Assembly: GCA_041599115.1 (NCBI GenBank) | Contig: JBFHXF010000001.1 | Span: 1 to 57,596 of the forward strand | DNA: 57,596 bases | From: Acidimicrobiia bacterium | Lineage (GTDB): Bacteria; Actinomycetota; Acidimicrobiia; Spongiisociales; ZC4RG35 | Direction of reading: 5' to 3' | Shown here: in pieces, positions 1 through 9,076 of the stretch | How positions within the stretch are numbered: the first letter of the stretch is position 1 | How the letters are laid out: each line of letters starts with the position of its first letter | The notes under the pieces: generated by a model | The model's database searches: none | What the model was told of the DNA's origin: nothing | What the model saw: the letters and a program-made list of their open reading frames with translations, nothing else | Made by a program: the position numbers and the translations under genes

Positions 1-90
1 AGCGGTCAGAAGGCAGCCAAATGGGGTCGCATCCTGGTGTTGGGCCTCATCCTCACCGAGGCTGCAATGGTCCTCCGCCTGGGTTCCTGA
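1..90 (+). CDS. 3' end of an unidentified upstream gene (partial)
   Basis: Frame 1 is open from the window edge to TGA at 88-90. Hydrophobic tail ..KWGRILVLGLILTEAAMVLRLGS. Too short to classify. Confidence 0.3.
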   Translation, partial: SGQKAAKWGRILVLGLILTEAAMVLRLGS

Positions 91-187
91 CGGGGACGCC
101 CGTCCGAACTGCCGACGGCTCGTATGAGCGCGATCCGTCGCCGCTCGGCGCCGCTCCGTCCTCAGACGGGATCTAGGGTGCCCGACG

Positions 188-751
188 ATGGGCTTCACCA
201 AGGATCAGCTTGCCAGCTACGAGAACGGTTCGGTACCGGATCTGATCGGGCCCGATTGCCGGCTCCTGTTCGTCGGCATCAACCCAGGCTTGTGGACCGT
301 GGCCACTCAGACCCACTTCTGCCATCCGTCCAATAGGTTCTATCCCGGGCTTCGCCGGGCGGGCCTGATCGGGTTCGAGGTGGACCCCTCGGTCGGGATG
401 ACTCCCGGACAGCGGTCGGCCTTCATGGAGCGTGGCATGGGAATCTCCAACATCGCTTCGCGGGCTACCGCGCGCGCCGCTGAGCTGAGCAAAGAGGAGC
501 TGGTGGCCGGGGCGCTGAGGTTGGAGGAATTGATAGGGCGTCTGAATCCGACTGTGACCGCGATCTCGGGGATCACCGCCTATCGCCGCGCCTTTGACGC
601 GCCCACGGCGGCGATCGGCCGCCAGCCGGCCAGGGTGGGCGGCTCGGCGCTCTGGGTGATCCCCAATCCGAGCGGGCTCAACGCTCACGAAACGATCGCA
701 TCGCTCGCCCAGTGGTACAGGCGGGTCGCCGCATCCGCAGGTGTGATGTGA
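188..751 (+). CDS. mug: G/U mismatch-specific uracil-DNA glycosylase (UDG family 2, Mug/TDG-like)
   Basis: 187-aa ORF. LLFVGINPGLWTVATQTHFCHPSNRFYPGL matches the Mug GINPG...NRF active-site region. Confidence 0.8.
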   Translation: MGFTKDQLASYENGSVPDLIGPDCRLLFVGINPGLWTVATQTHFCHPSNRFYPGLRRAGLIGFEVDPSVGMTPGQRSAFMERGMGISNIASRATARAAELSKEELVAGALRLEELIGRLNPTVTAISGITAYRRAFDAPTAAIGRQPARVGGSALWVIPNPSGLNAHETIASLAQWYRRVAASAGVM

Positions 752-999
752 GCGAGCCAACCCCCAGACAGGTTCTCTATGCCCTGGTGTCGGGGGCGTT
801 CTTGGTGGTCGTTGCGGTACTCACCGCGGCGGCAGCGGCGGCCACTCTGGTTCCGCTGTGGTGGACCGTCGTCTCGTTCGCCCTACTGGCCGGATCGGGG
901 GTTTGGATGGCCTTCAACTGGCGACGGACGGCAACCGTCCTTCTGCTGAGCATCAGCCTCTTCATCGGCTGGACGGTCGGGACCCTGATCCTCTCCTAA
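748..999 (+). CDS. small integral membrane protein (2-3 TM), hypothetical
   Basis: ORF 712-999. A GTG at 748 overlaps the mug stop (GTGA). Strongly hydrophobic: LVSGAFLVVVAVLTAAAAAATLVPLWWTVVSFALLAGSGVWMAF. Confidence 0.5.
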   Translation: MSEPTPRQVLYALVSGAFLVVVAVLTAAAAAATLVPLWWTVVSFALLAGSGVWMAFNWRRTATVLLLSISLFIGWTVGTLILS

Positions 1000-2261
1000 C
1001 CGGTCCAGACCGGTGCGTCCGGGAAGAAGGCTTGCCAGGCGAACCAGAACTCGTTGCGATGGATGAGGATCTCGAGTTGTCTGCCGGCGAGCTCTCCGCG
1101 CAGCCCTTTTCCGAGGATGGACCAGGTTGTGCCGGTCTCGGTGTCGCGGAATTCGGAGTCAGACAGTGCCTCGAAGGTCAGAGTCCTGCCATCGACGACC
1201 GGCGAAAACGCAATACCCGTGCCGATTCCCACCGATTGGGTTATCCGAGGCGAATCGAGGGCGTCGGCCGTGTCGGGTGCGCCCCAGAACACCACGACCG
1301 GTTGACCGGCGATGCGGTCATTGACCACTCGGACCGTCTCGATTTCGGAGAACGGATAGGCCTTCGCATGGTCATCAATGTTCACGCCGACAACACGGGA
1401 AAGGGCGGGATAACGATCGTCGATTTCGCCCCTGAAGAAGGGATATGGGCCCGATCGGGAGGAATAACCCACGTAGGGGTTTCCCCCATAGCCGGTCCCG
1501 AATCCCTGGTTTGGAGCCATGGCCATCCCTTCGGGGTAGGTTGCTTCGAAGTCGGCCCAGCGGACGATGGCGGACCCGATCGGCGGCAACTTGTCTCCGG
1601 CATGGGTGCCGACGATTCCCTGGCCGGTGACTTGCTGCCAGAGAGACTCGGTCTTGTCGTCCCACATCACCAGATCGGAGTTGCGCAACAGCCCGGAGAC
1701 CCCGAGACGCAACACCTCACCGTCGAGACTTCGCTCAAATACCACCCCGGTGTTGCATAGCGGGCAGAAGGTGACGGCCACCGCTACACCACCGACGACG
1801 TCGTTGACGATTTCGTGGCGTGTCAGCACTGCGAGGGGGTAGAAACGAGCGTCACCGTTTATCTCGAGAACGACTCCGGGATCCTGGGCGTTCAACCACG
1901 ACGTATTGGCCACCGATTCGAATACCGGCTCATCGATTGGCCGGATCAGATCCCGCGGGTCAAGAGCTGGAATTCCAACCAGTATCTCGTTGAGGTCGAC
2001 CGTGGCACGGGTGAAGTCGGTCTTCCACACGAGTTCGAGGTTGGCGAGGACCTCGGGGATCTCCTGTACGGGCAGGAGATCCTCGCCATTCCCCACCAGG
2101 GAACCTGTGGCGGGCGAGTCGGCCTCAGTGGTGGTGCCGGCCGGAAGTGATGATGTGGTCGTGCCGGCTTGGGTTGAAGCCCCGGGAACGCCTGTGACGG
2201 CGCCGCAGGCGGCGATCACCAGTGCCAGGGTCGCTGGCATCGTGTGGCGTCGAAGTGTCAT
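996..2261 (-). CDS. DUF3179 domain lipoprotein
   Basis: 421 aa. Lipobox signal MTLRRHTMPATLALVIAAC. Core RFYPLAVLTRHEIVNDVVGGVAVAVTFCPLCNTGVVFER...GLLRNSDLVMWD is typical of DUF3179. Confidence 0.8.
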   Translation of the reverse strand: MTLRRHTMPATLALVIAACGAVTGVPGASTQAGTTTSSLPAGTTTEADSPATGSLVGNGEDLLPVQEIPEVLANLELVWKTDFTRATVDLNEILVGIPALDPRDLIRPIDEPVFESVANTSWLNAQDPGVVLEINGDARFYPLAVLTRHEIVNDVVGGVAVAVTFCPLCNTGVVFERSLDGEVLRLGVSGLLRNSDLVMWDDKTESLWQQVTGQGIVGTHAGDKLPPIGSAIVRWADFEATYPEGMAMAPNQGFGTGYGGNPYVGYSSRSGPYPFFRGEIDDRYPALSRVVGVNIDDHAKAYPFSEIETVRVVNDRIAGQPVVVFWGAPDTADALDSPRITQSVGIGTGIAFSPVVDGRTLTFEALSDSEFRDTETGTTWSILGKGLRGELAGRQLEILIHRNEFWFAWQAFFPDAPVWTG

Positions 2262-2333
2262 GCCGCGTCTTCAACGGGGGAGGCCAGGTCAATGATTCCC
2301 CGTTCAGGGCCGCTCTGTCATCTTTCCGACAGT

Positions 2334-3179
2334 TCAACCCTCGGCACGGTCCAGAAAGAGAGTTTGAGTGGATTGACCGAGAAAGCTCTTCATATCCCAC
2401 AGAGTTCCGGTCGCGATACCTCTCCCATCGGTCGAATAGTAGGAAACGGCTTTCAGAGCGACCCATTCGCCGGTAGGCAAGCGATTTATGTTCACGGTCA
2501 GATCCGGATTCATGAACACCCAGTTGGGTTCGGTGGTCAAGCGGGCAACCCCATTGCAGAAGTCCGCAGTGAACAGAAGTCTTTGCAGGGGCGTGTTTTC
2601 CTTCCCGGCGATGACTGGCGTGGTCACGCGAACCCAGATCGACCCGGGGCCGGGCACCTGGAATCCGCCCTCGATTTCCCTGACTTCGATGGCATTGCGA
2701 TGAGCCATCACCTTGCCCTGGGGGCCATGTGCCCATGCGTCGGGGTCAACGGCGGGGAGCACGCCCGGTGCCGCGAGGTTGCTCGCCTCTTCCCCAACGC
2801 CCTGAGGAAGGCCCACATCCTCCAGCCGAAGACGCTGCACATAGGCGCGGGTCATCTCTTCGCCATTTCCAAACACCCGCACCTGGATCACCTGTATTCG
2901 CTTTCCCTCCCGGACGACGGTGGACTCGATTCTCAGAGGGATCAACGGCACGACCCGGAATAGCTCCATCGTGAACCGGGTCATTTGCATCGGCGCCAGC
3001 GAAGGGACCGACTCGACGTGCCCGCCTATGAGGGCCGCAAGGGCGCCACCATGCTGACCCTCGTCGTACCAGCCCGCGTTTGCCAGGTCCGTTGATTCGT
3101 ATGTGTCCGGGTCGTCCGTGGGCAGGTAGACCCCCAACGGTGTGGCGTTCATCGACCGCGAGGTTAACGGGACCCTCAA
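2334..3179 (-). CDS. acyl-CoA thioesterase-like (double hot-dog, TesB/4HBT_3-type) protein
   Basis: 281 aa. GQHGGALAALIGGH... and the general layout resemble the thioesterase-like superfamily. The start could instead be the internal ATG at 3152. Confidence 0.65.
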   Translation of the reverse strand: MRVPLTSRSMNATPLGVYLPTDDPDTYESTDLANAGWYDEGQHGGALAALIGGHVESVPSLAPMQMTRFTMELFRVVPLIPLRIESTVVREGKRIQVIQVRVFGNGEEMTRAYVQRLRLEDVGLPQGVGEEASNLAAPGVLPAVDPDAWAHGPQGKVMAHRNAIEVREIEGGFQVPGPGSIWVRVTTPVIAGKENTPLQRLLFTADFCNGVARLTTEPNWVFMNPDLTVNINRLPTGEWVALKAVSYYSTDGRGIATGTLWDMKSFLGQSTQTLFLDRAEG

Positions 3180-3220
3180 TCGCTATTGCCGTAGCCCAAC
3201 TCCGTTTAGCATCATGGCCC

Positions 3221-4063
3221 GTGACCAATGATGTGACCGCTACTTCCAGTACCGCAAGCGACACCATCAAAAAGATCGGTCCTGCCCTCGTCATCGCATC
3301 GATACTGGGATCGACGCTGGGAATCGTCGTCGCCCAGTTCCTCGACGACCTGGGTGACGGCTTGTTGGCCCAAGTCCTGGGTGGCAACGCGATCCTTTTC
3401 AACAACAGAGTCGAGTTCACCGGCGCCTCCGACCTGGCCTGGGCAGGGGGCTTCCTGCTGTGTCTGATCGTGGGACTGTTGATGCTCTTCACCTATCCCA
3501 CCGCTCGCGGCCACGGTGTTGCCCGATTGACCCTTCTCTGGATGCTGCTCCACATTCTCCGGCAGGCGTTCCTTCAGGCGATCCTGCTACCTATCGAGCC
3601 CTCTAGCCAGCTCGCCCTGGCGTATCGAACACTGGACGCCCCCCCGGGTCTCGAGGTCGTGATCGCCGCCGGTGGCGCAGTCGGGCTCTTGCTGATCGCC
3701 CTCTCAGCGGCGGCTGCTTTCCTGACCTTCACACCCCACCGTCGACTGATCTCCACAGGGAAGAGACGATTCAGCCTGGCTCTATGGCTTGGACTTGTTC
3801 CTGCAGCCATCTCCATCTTCCTGGCGATTCCATACTTCGCCTCGGGTGTGAGCAGCGGCGTCATACCCGCGCTTCCGCTGACCGCACTCATGTTCCTGGC
3901 GACCCTGGCCGCTGCCCCAGGCACCACGACCGTGCAAGGTCCCGAAGACCAGAGAGAAACCCCGATGCCGTGGGGACTCGGAGCCACTCTCGCGGTGATC
4001 ATGCTGTTGGAGATACTCATCTTCCGGGGCGGGGTGTCGGTCAACCCGATCCTTTGGGGTTGA
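3221..4063 (+). CDS. polytopic membrane protein, hypothetical
   Basis: ORF 3080-4063. Its first 140 nt overlap the thioesterase gene on the opposite strand, so GTG 3221 (or 3233) is the likelier start. About 7 hydrophobic segments. Confidence 0.55.
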   Translation: MTNDVTATSSTASDTIKKIGPALVIASILGSTLGIVVAQFLDDLGDGLLAQVLGGNAILFNNRVEFTGASDLAWAGGFLLCLIVGLLMLFTYPTARGHGVARLTLLWMLLHILRQAFLQAILLPIEPSSQLALAYRTLDAPPGLEVVIAAGGAVGLLLIALSAAAAFLTFTPHRRLISTGKRRFSLALWLGLVPAAISIFLAIPYFASGVSSGVIPALPLTALMFLATLAAAPGTTTVQGPEDQRETPMPWGLGATLAVIMLLEILIFRGGVSVNPILWG

Positions 4064-4068
4064 GCGAC

Positions 4069-4539
4069 GTGAAGGCCCTGATCGTCACGGTCAGCGACGG
4101 TGTGAGCTCCGGGGCACGCGAAGACCTTTCAGGGGAGTTGCTGGCTGAATCACTGGCGACCGCAGGCTTTACCGTCGAGAGGGTGGTTGTCCCGGACGAG
4201 CAGCGCGACATCGTCGGGGCAATCCAAGACGCCACCGGTGAGTTCGATCTGGTGCTCACAACCGGTGGTACAGGATTCGGTCCGCGCGATGTGACCCCGG
4301 AGGCGACGGCCATGACCCTCGACAGGGAGGCGCCGGGAATCGTGCATCTGATGACGTCCAAGGGGCTGGAATCAACACCCTACGCCGCCCTGTCCCGGGC
4401 GCGGGCGGGAACCGTCGGGCGCACCCTGGTGGTGAACCTTCCCGGGTCGCCGAAGGGAGCGTCGGAAGGTCTGGAGGCGATAATCGATCTTCTTCCCCAC
4501 GTGCTGGGTCTCATCGCCGGCGACACCGAGCACAAATAG
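4069..4539 (+). CDS. mogA: MogA/MoaB-family molybdopterin adenylyltransferase
   Basis: VKALIVTVSDGVSSG...LVLTTGGTGFGPRDVTPEAT...VVNLPGSPKGA are canonical MoCF_biosynth motifs. Start is GTG 4069 or TTG 4060, overlapping the upstream stop. Confidence 0.85.
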   Translation: MKALIVTVSDGVSSGAREDLSGELLAESLATAGFTVERVVVPDEQRDIVGAIQDATGEFDLVLTTGGTGFGPRDVTPEATAMTLDREAPGIVHLMTSKGLESTPYAALSRARAGTVGRTLVVNLPGSPKGASEGLEAIIDLLPHVLGLIAGDTEHK

Positions 4540-4598
4540 GCCCATCCTCTGGTGATTCACTACCGTTTACCGGCTACAGAGCTTTGTCGAGGAGGATT

Positions 4599-5156
4599 AT
4601 GAGGATCACCCAAGAATTCGTGGTGGCACGTTCCCCTGATGTCGTGTGGCGCTTCTTTCAAGATGTGCCGGCCGTGGCGGCATGCCTCCCGGGCGCCGAA
4701 CTCCTCGGTCAGGGAGACGACGGGTCGTACGAGGGCCGGGTGTCGGTCAAGCTCGGTCCCATGCAGGCCGCCTTTGAGGGAAAGGCGACGGTGGCTCCCG
4801 ATGCCGCCAGCCTGAGCGCGACCATCGACGGCAAGGGTGTCGACAAGCGGGGCGGATCGAGGGGCCAGGTCAAGGTGGTATACGCCATCGCGGCCGCTGA
4901 CTCCGCATCCCGGGTGAGCGTCGACGCCGATATCATTCTTTCCGGGCCGGTGGCCCAGTTCGGGCGGACAGGTCTCATCAATGAAATGTCGAAGAGACTC
5001 ATCGAAGAGTTCGTCACTTGTCTCGAGGCGAAGCTGGCTGCGGGAACCGACGAGGAAGCGGCTGCCATCCGAGCCCCTGAAGTCCGCGGGATATCCCTCT
5101 TCCTTGTCTCCCTCTGGGCTTGGATAAAGAGACTCTTCAGCCGGAGAGATATTTGA
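4599..5156 (+). CDS. CoxG/SRPBCC family protein (carbon monoxide dehydrogenase subunit G-like)
   Basis: MRITQEFVVARSPDVVWRFFQDVPAVAACLPGAEL...GRVSVKLGPMQAAFEGKA is a typical CoxG N-terminus. GAGGAGG RBS sits 4 nt upstream of ATG 4599. Confidence 0.8.
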   Translation: MRITQEFVVARSPDVVWRFFQDVPAVAACLPGAELLGQGDDGSYEGRVSVKLGPMQAAFEGKATVAPDAASLSATIDGKGVDKRGGSRGQVKVVYAIAAADSASRVSVDADIILSGPVAQFGRTGLINEMSKRLIEEFVTCLEAKLAAGTDEEAAAIRAPEVRGISLFLVSLWAWIKRLFSRRDI

Positions 5157-5542
5157 GAACCCGAATCGGGGTGCTGACCATTCTGGGTCTGCTCACCCTC
5201 GCCTCATGTGGTGATGCCGGCGCTTCCGGCAAGCTCGAGACCATCACCGGTCAGGATGTCACCGTTCGGATGTTCGACAACCGATATGAGTACAACGACA
5301 TCAAGGTCCCTGTAGGAGGGTCGGTCACCTGGCTCGGTGCCGGGCGCAATGCCCACAACGCCGAGGATGCCGGAGGCACCTGGTCCACCGAGAGTGTTTT
5401 CGGCACTCTGGATCAATACAGGGGGGATGAGGCGACGATCACATATGATCAGCCCGGTGTTTACCCGTTCTTCTGTTCCTATCACGGGAATGCCGACGGC
5501 GAGGGGATGGCAGGTGTGCTGACAGTGGGCACCGCGGAGTGA
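5153..5542 (+). CDS. cupredoxin (plastocyanin/azurin-like blue copper) lipoprotein
   Basis: Lipobox ..GLLTLASCGD. C-terminal type-1 Cu ligand pattern FFCSYHGNADGEGM (C-x2-H-x7-M) plus an upstream NAHN His. TTG 5153 overlaps the coxG-like stop. Confidence 0.75.
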   Translation: MRTRIGVLTILGLLTLASCGDAGASGKLETITGQDVTVRMFDNRYEYNDIKVPVGGSVTWLGAGRNAHNAEDAGGTWSTESVFGTLDQYRGDEATITYDQPGVYPFFCSYHGNADGEGMAGVLTVGTAE

Positions 5543-7188
5543 TGGCGAAGGGATCAGCTTGGGTGGTGGCCGGGGTGGCTCTGGTCCTGGCGGCTTGCGC
5601 CGGGCCTCCGACAGGCGATCCTTCCCCCGCCGCTGTCGGCGACACAACGACCGATTCTCCTGCTGAATGGAGCGGCGCCACCCTTCACGTGCCTGCCGAA
5701 TACCCGACGATCCAGGCCGCCGTCGATTCGGCCGAACCAGGCGATCTGATCCTCATCGACCGCGGAGTCTTCAAGGAGCAGGTGACGGTCACCACCCCCG
5801 GGTTGACGCTGCGGGGGGTGGATAGGAACGAGGTGATCATCGATGGGGAGTTCGAGAGGGCGAACGGGGTTTTGGTCCTGGCCAATGGGGTGGTCGTCGA
5901 GAATATGACCGCAATGAACAACACTGGCAACGGATTCTTCTGGACCGGCGTACGGGGTTACCGCGGTTCCTACCTCACCGCGGTCAACAATGCGATCTAC
6001 GGGATATATGCCTTCAACTCGGGCGACGGGATATTCGATCACTCGTACGCTTCGGGCTCGCAGGATGCCGGGTTCTATATCGGCCAGTGCAATCCGTGCG
6101 ACGCCGTGATCACCGACTCGATCGCGGAGCACAACGGTTTGGGATACTCGGGATCGAACGCCTCCACCGAGATCTATCTGGTCAACTCCGTCTGGAGATA
6201 CAACGGAACCGGCATGGTGCCCAACACCCTCGACGGAGAGCTCATACCCCCAGCCGAGAACGTCGTTATCGCAGGAAACTTGATCCATGACAATGGTTAC
6301 GGAGACTTCCCCCATCTTCGCCTCGAATGGACCGCTCAGGGCAACGGAATCATGCTCCCCGGCGTGGTCGATTCCCTCATCACCAAGAATCGGATTGTCA
6401 ACAGTGCCGGCAATGGCATCCAGTTGAACCCCAATCCAGACGAGAACGTCTGGATGGCAGGCGGGAATACCGTTACAGACAACGTGATCGAGGGCTCTGG
6501 ACTCGCTGATCTGACCATGACCGGCCCCTCTCAATCGGGGAATTGCTTCGAGGGGAATGAGCATTCATCCTCGCTCCCGCCGGTCCTGCAGTTCAAGCAG
6601 GGGTGTGATGGTCTGAGGTTTCCCGCGCTCTGGGAGTTGGGTTCGCTTTCCGCGCAGTTCGGGCGGTTGCTCGAATACAACCTGGGTCTGGCGCCCGACG
6701 TGGACTACACGAAGCTGGCGCACCCCGGACCACAGCCTCAGATGCCGGGCGGGGCAGCCGCGGATGTCACACCGGCCTATTTCGTCTATGAGGATGCCAA
6801 ACCCGACCTCGACTCGATCCACCTTCCAGAAATGCCGCCAGATTTGAAAGTAACGCAGGAGAAAGGATTCAACATCATGGGTGTGAGCTTCGCTTCAACC
6901 CTGGGAGGCGTCATTGGCCTCTACGCCTACGTGCTACCCCTCGTGCTCTATACAGCATGGGTCGTGCTGGCTCTGTGGGATATCTCACGCCGCGAGGACC
7001 TGGGAAAGGGGGCAGGCTTGGGCTGGATGGGCGCAATCCTGGTGATTCCGTTCCTTGGGGTCGTCGCCTATTACATCTTTGGGAAGAGCACGATATCGGT
7101 CGCTCAACGCTGGGTGCTGCTCGCCGGAGGTCTCGGGGTGTACGCCCTCTTCTTGGTCATCGGCCTGGTGGTCGGTGGCGTCGTCTGA
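5539..7188 (+). CDS. NosD-like right-handed parallel beta-helix lipoprotein with C-terminal PLDc_N-type membrane domain
   Basis: Lipobox VALVLAAC. Repeated beta-helix turns (NNTGNGFFW, NNAIYGIYAF, EHNGLGYSG, IHDNGYGDF, NSAGNGIQL, TDNVIEGSG). C-terminus WVVLALWDISRREDLGKGAGLGWMGAILVIPFLGVVAYYIFGK. An alternative ATG at 5542 overlaps the upstream stop. Confidence 0.75.
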   Translation: MMAKGSAWVVAGVALVLAACAGPPTGDPSPAAVGDTTTDSPAEWSGATLHVPAEYPTIQAAVDSAEPGDLILIDRGVFKEQVTVTTPGLTLRGVDRNEVIIDGEFERANGVLVLANGVVVENMTAMNNTGNGFFWTGVRGYRGSYLTAVNNAIYGIYAFNSGDGIFDHSYASGSQDAGFYIGQCNPCDAVITDSIAEHNGLGYSGSNASTEIYLVNSVWRYNGTGMVPNTLDGELIPPAENVVIAGNLIHDNGYGDFPHLRLEWTAQGNGIMLPGVVDSLITKNRIVNSAGNGIQLNPNPDENVWMAGGNTVTDNVIEGSGLADLTMTGPSQSGNCFEGNEHSSSLPPVLQFKQGCDGLRFPALWELGSLSAQFGRLLEYNLGLAPDVDYTKLAHPGPQPQMPGGAAADVTPAYFVYEDAKPDLDSIHLPEMPPDLKVTQEKGFNIMGVSFASTLGGVIGLYAYVLPLVLYTAWVVLALWDISRREDLGKGAGLGWMGAILVIPFLGVVAYYIFGKSTISVAQRWVLLAGGLGVYALFLVIGLVVGGVV

Positions 7189-7196
7189 TCCGACAG

Positions 7197-8228
7197 GTGG
7201 CTGACGGCGGCGTATCGCGGCGAGAACTCCTCAAGAAGGCGGGTCTCGGCGGGGCGCTGTTCCTCGGCGGTTCTGTCCTCGGCCACAGTGTTCAGGGTGC
7301 CGATGCCTCGACTGGCGGGGATGACGGATACACCGGCGCCGGCATCGGTCATTCGCCGGTTCATGACAATGGAGGAGCGCTGCTGTACGGCGACGCCCAA
7401 GACCCGCCGCCCGGTCTGGGATCCGGCGCGCTCGACCATCACACCTTCCCGCCTGAGCCCGACGGAAGACCGGCCGGAACGGTTCGGGAGATCGAGATGT
7501 CGGTGGAGGAGCGGCTCATCGAAGTGGGCGCCGGGGTGTTCCAGGAGTCTTGGACCTACAACGGCACCGTGCCCGCCCCGATTCTGCGGGCCAGTGAGGG
7601 CGACATCTTGAGGATCCATCTCGAGAATCGGACAGGTCACTCCCACAATCTCCATTTCCACGGCTCTCACCGGCCCGAACAGGACGGCTGGGAGCCGATC
7701 CCCTCGGGTGGGGAGACCACCTATGAGATCGAGGTCGGTCCCGCCGGTCTTCATCCCTATCACTGTCACACTGCGCCCCTCGCAGAGCACATTTCACGCG
7801 GTCTTTACGGGATGCTGATCGTCGATCCTCCCGGCGGAAGGCCGCCGGCCCAGGAGGTGGCTCTCTTGCTGTCCGGGTTCTCCAACGAAGACATCGGGCG
7901 CAATGGCATCGTCGCCTGGAACGGAGTTTCGAGTTTCTATCACCACTACCCGATCAAGGTCACGGTCGCCGAGCCGGTCCGGGCCTATGTCGTCAACATG
8001 TTGGAATACGAGCCGCTCGCCTCTTTTCACCTTCACGCAGAGACTTTCGACGTTTACCCCGCTGGGATGGGCGACATGGCGACATTCCGCGACGACACGA
8101 TCGTGCTCGGCATGGGCCAGCGGGCCATGATCGAGTTCAGGCTTCCCCATGTGGGGCGTTACATGTTCCACCCTCATCAGCACTGGCTCGCCGAGCGGGG
8201 CGCGATGGGCTGGTTCGCTGCGGTCTAG
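7197..8228 (+). CDS. Tat-exported two-domain multicopper oxidase (NirK-like architecture)
   Basis: GTG 7197 gives the twin-arginine signal VADGGVSRRELLKKAGLGGALFLGG. Cu-ligand motifs HSHNLHFHG, YHCHTAPLAEHISRGLYGM and HPHQHW. Confidence 0.8.
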   Translation: MADGGVSRRELLKKAGLGGALFLGGSVLGHSVQGADASTGGDDGYTGAGIGHSPVHDNGGALLYGDAQDPPPGLGSGALDHHTFPPEPDGRPAGTVREIEMSVEERLIEVGAGVFQESWTYNGTVPAPILRASEGDILRIHLENRTGHSHNLHFHGSHRPEQDGWEPIPSGGETTYEIEVGPAGLHPYHCHTAPLAEHISRGLYGMLIVDPPGGRPPAQEVALLLSGFSNEDIGRNGIVAWNGVSSFYHHYPIKVTVAEPVRAYVVNMLEYEPLASFHLHAETFDVYPAGMGDMATFRDDTIVLGMGQRAMIEFRLPHVGRYMFHPHQHWLAERGAMGWFAAV

Positions 8229-8312
8229 GGCTCACCCGATACCGGAGTCCGGCGACGCGGCGCTGGCCGGGCCTGGCATCATGACGAGACCTGATGGAAG
8301 GAGAGGTCGATC

Positions 8313-9050
8313 ATGTCCGAACTTGAAGGAACTGTGGCCGTGGTGACCGGTTCGTCGAGCGGAATCGGCGAGGCCGTCGCCCGAAGCCTGGCAGCTCGGG
8401 GCGTTCACACCGTCGTCAATTCGGCGACATCCGTTGACCAAGGCCGCGCGGTGGCGGAATCACTCCCTGTCGAGTCGATCTATGTCCAGGCAGACATCAG
8501 CGACCGGACCAGCTGTGTGGCTCTGGTGGATGCCGCTGTCGAGAACTTCGGTGGGCTCGACATCCTGGTGAACAACGCAGGCTGGACCAGTTTTGTGGCT
8601 CATGGCGATCTCGAAGCCCTTACAGACGAGATATTCCAGAGGACTTTCGATGTGAACGTCTTCGGCACTTGGTGGCTCACCAAGACGGCCATGCCCTTTC
8701 TGAAGAGATCAGCCGATGGCAACGTGGTCAACATCACCTCGGTGGCCGGTGTCCGACCCATCGGCAGCTCGATCGCCTATTCGATGACAAAGGCGGCGCT
8801 TAACCAGATGACTCTGCTGCTCGCCAAGTCATCCGGCCCGGTGCGGGTGAATGCGGTCGCACCAGGGTTGGTCGCTACGCCGTGGACGGCCGACTGGAGC
8901 GAGATGCACCAGTGGGTCGCCGAGAATTCTCCTGTGGGGCGTGCAGCGAGGCCCGAGGAAATCGCAGATGCCGTCCTGTCGCTCGTGACCAACACCTATG
9001 TGACCGGGGAGATCATGGTGGTGGATGGAGGGCTGACCCAGATGATGTGA
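8313..9050 (+). CDS. SDR family oxidoreductase (FabG-like)
   Basis: VAVVTGSSSGIGEA (TGxxxGIG), NNAG, and S...YSMTKAA catalytic triad spacing. GGAGAGG RBS. Confidence 0.9.
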   Translation: MSELEGTVAVVTGSSSGIGEAVARSLAARGVHTVVNSATSVDQGRAVAESLPVESIYVQADISDRTSCVALVDAAVENFGGLDILVNNAGWTSFVAHGDLEALTDEIFQRTFDVNVFGTWWLTKTAMPFLKRSADGNVVNITSVAGVRPIGSSIAYSMTKAALNQMTLLLAKSSGPVRVNAVAPGLVATPWTADWSEMHQWVAENSPVGRAARPEEIADAVLSLVTNTYVTGEIMVVDGGLTQMM

Positions 9051-9076
9051 GTCGGATGATTCCGGGTCATTCACGA

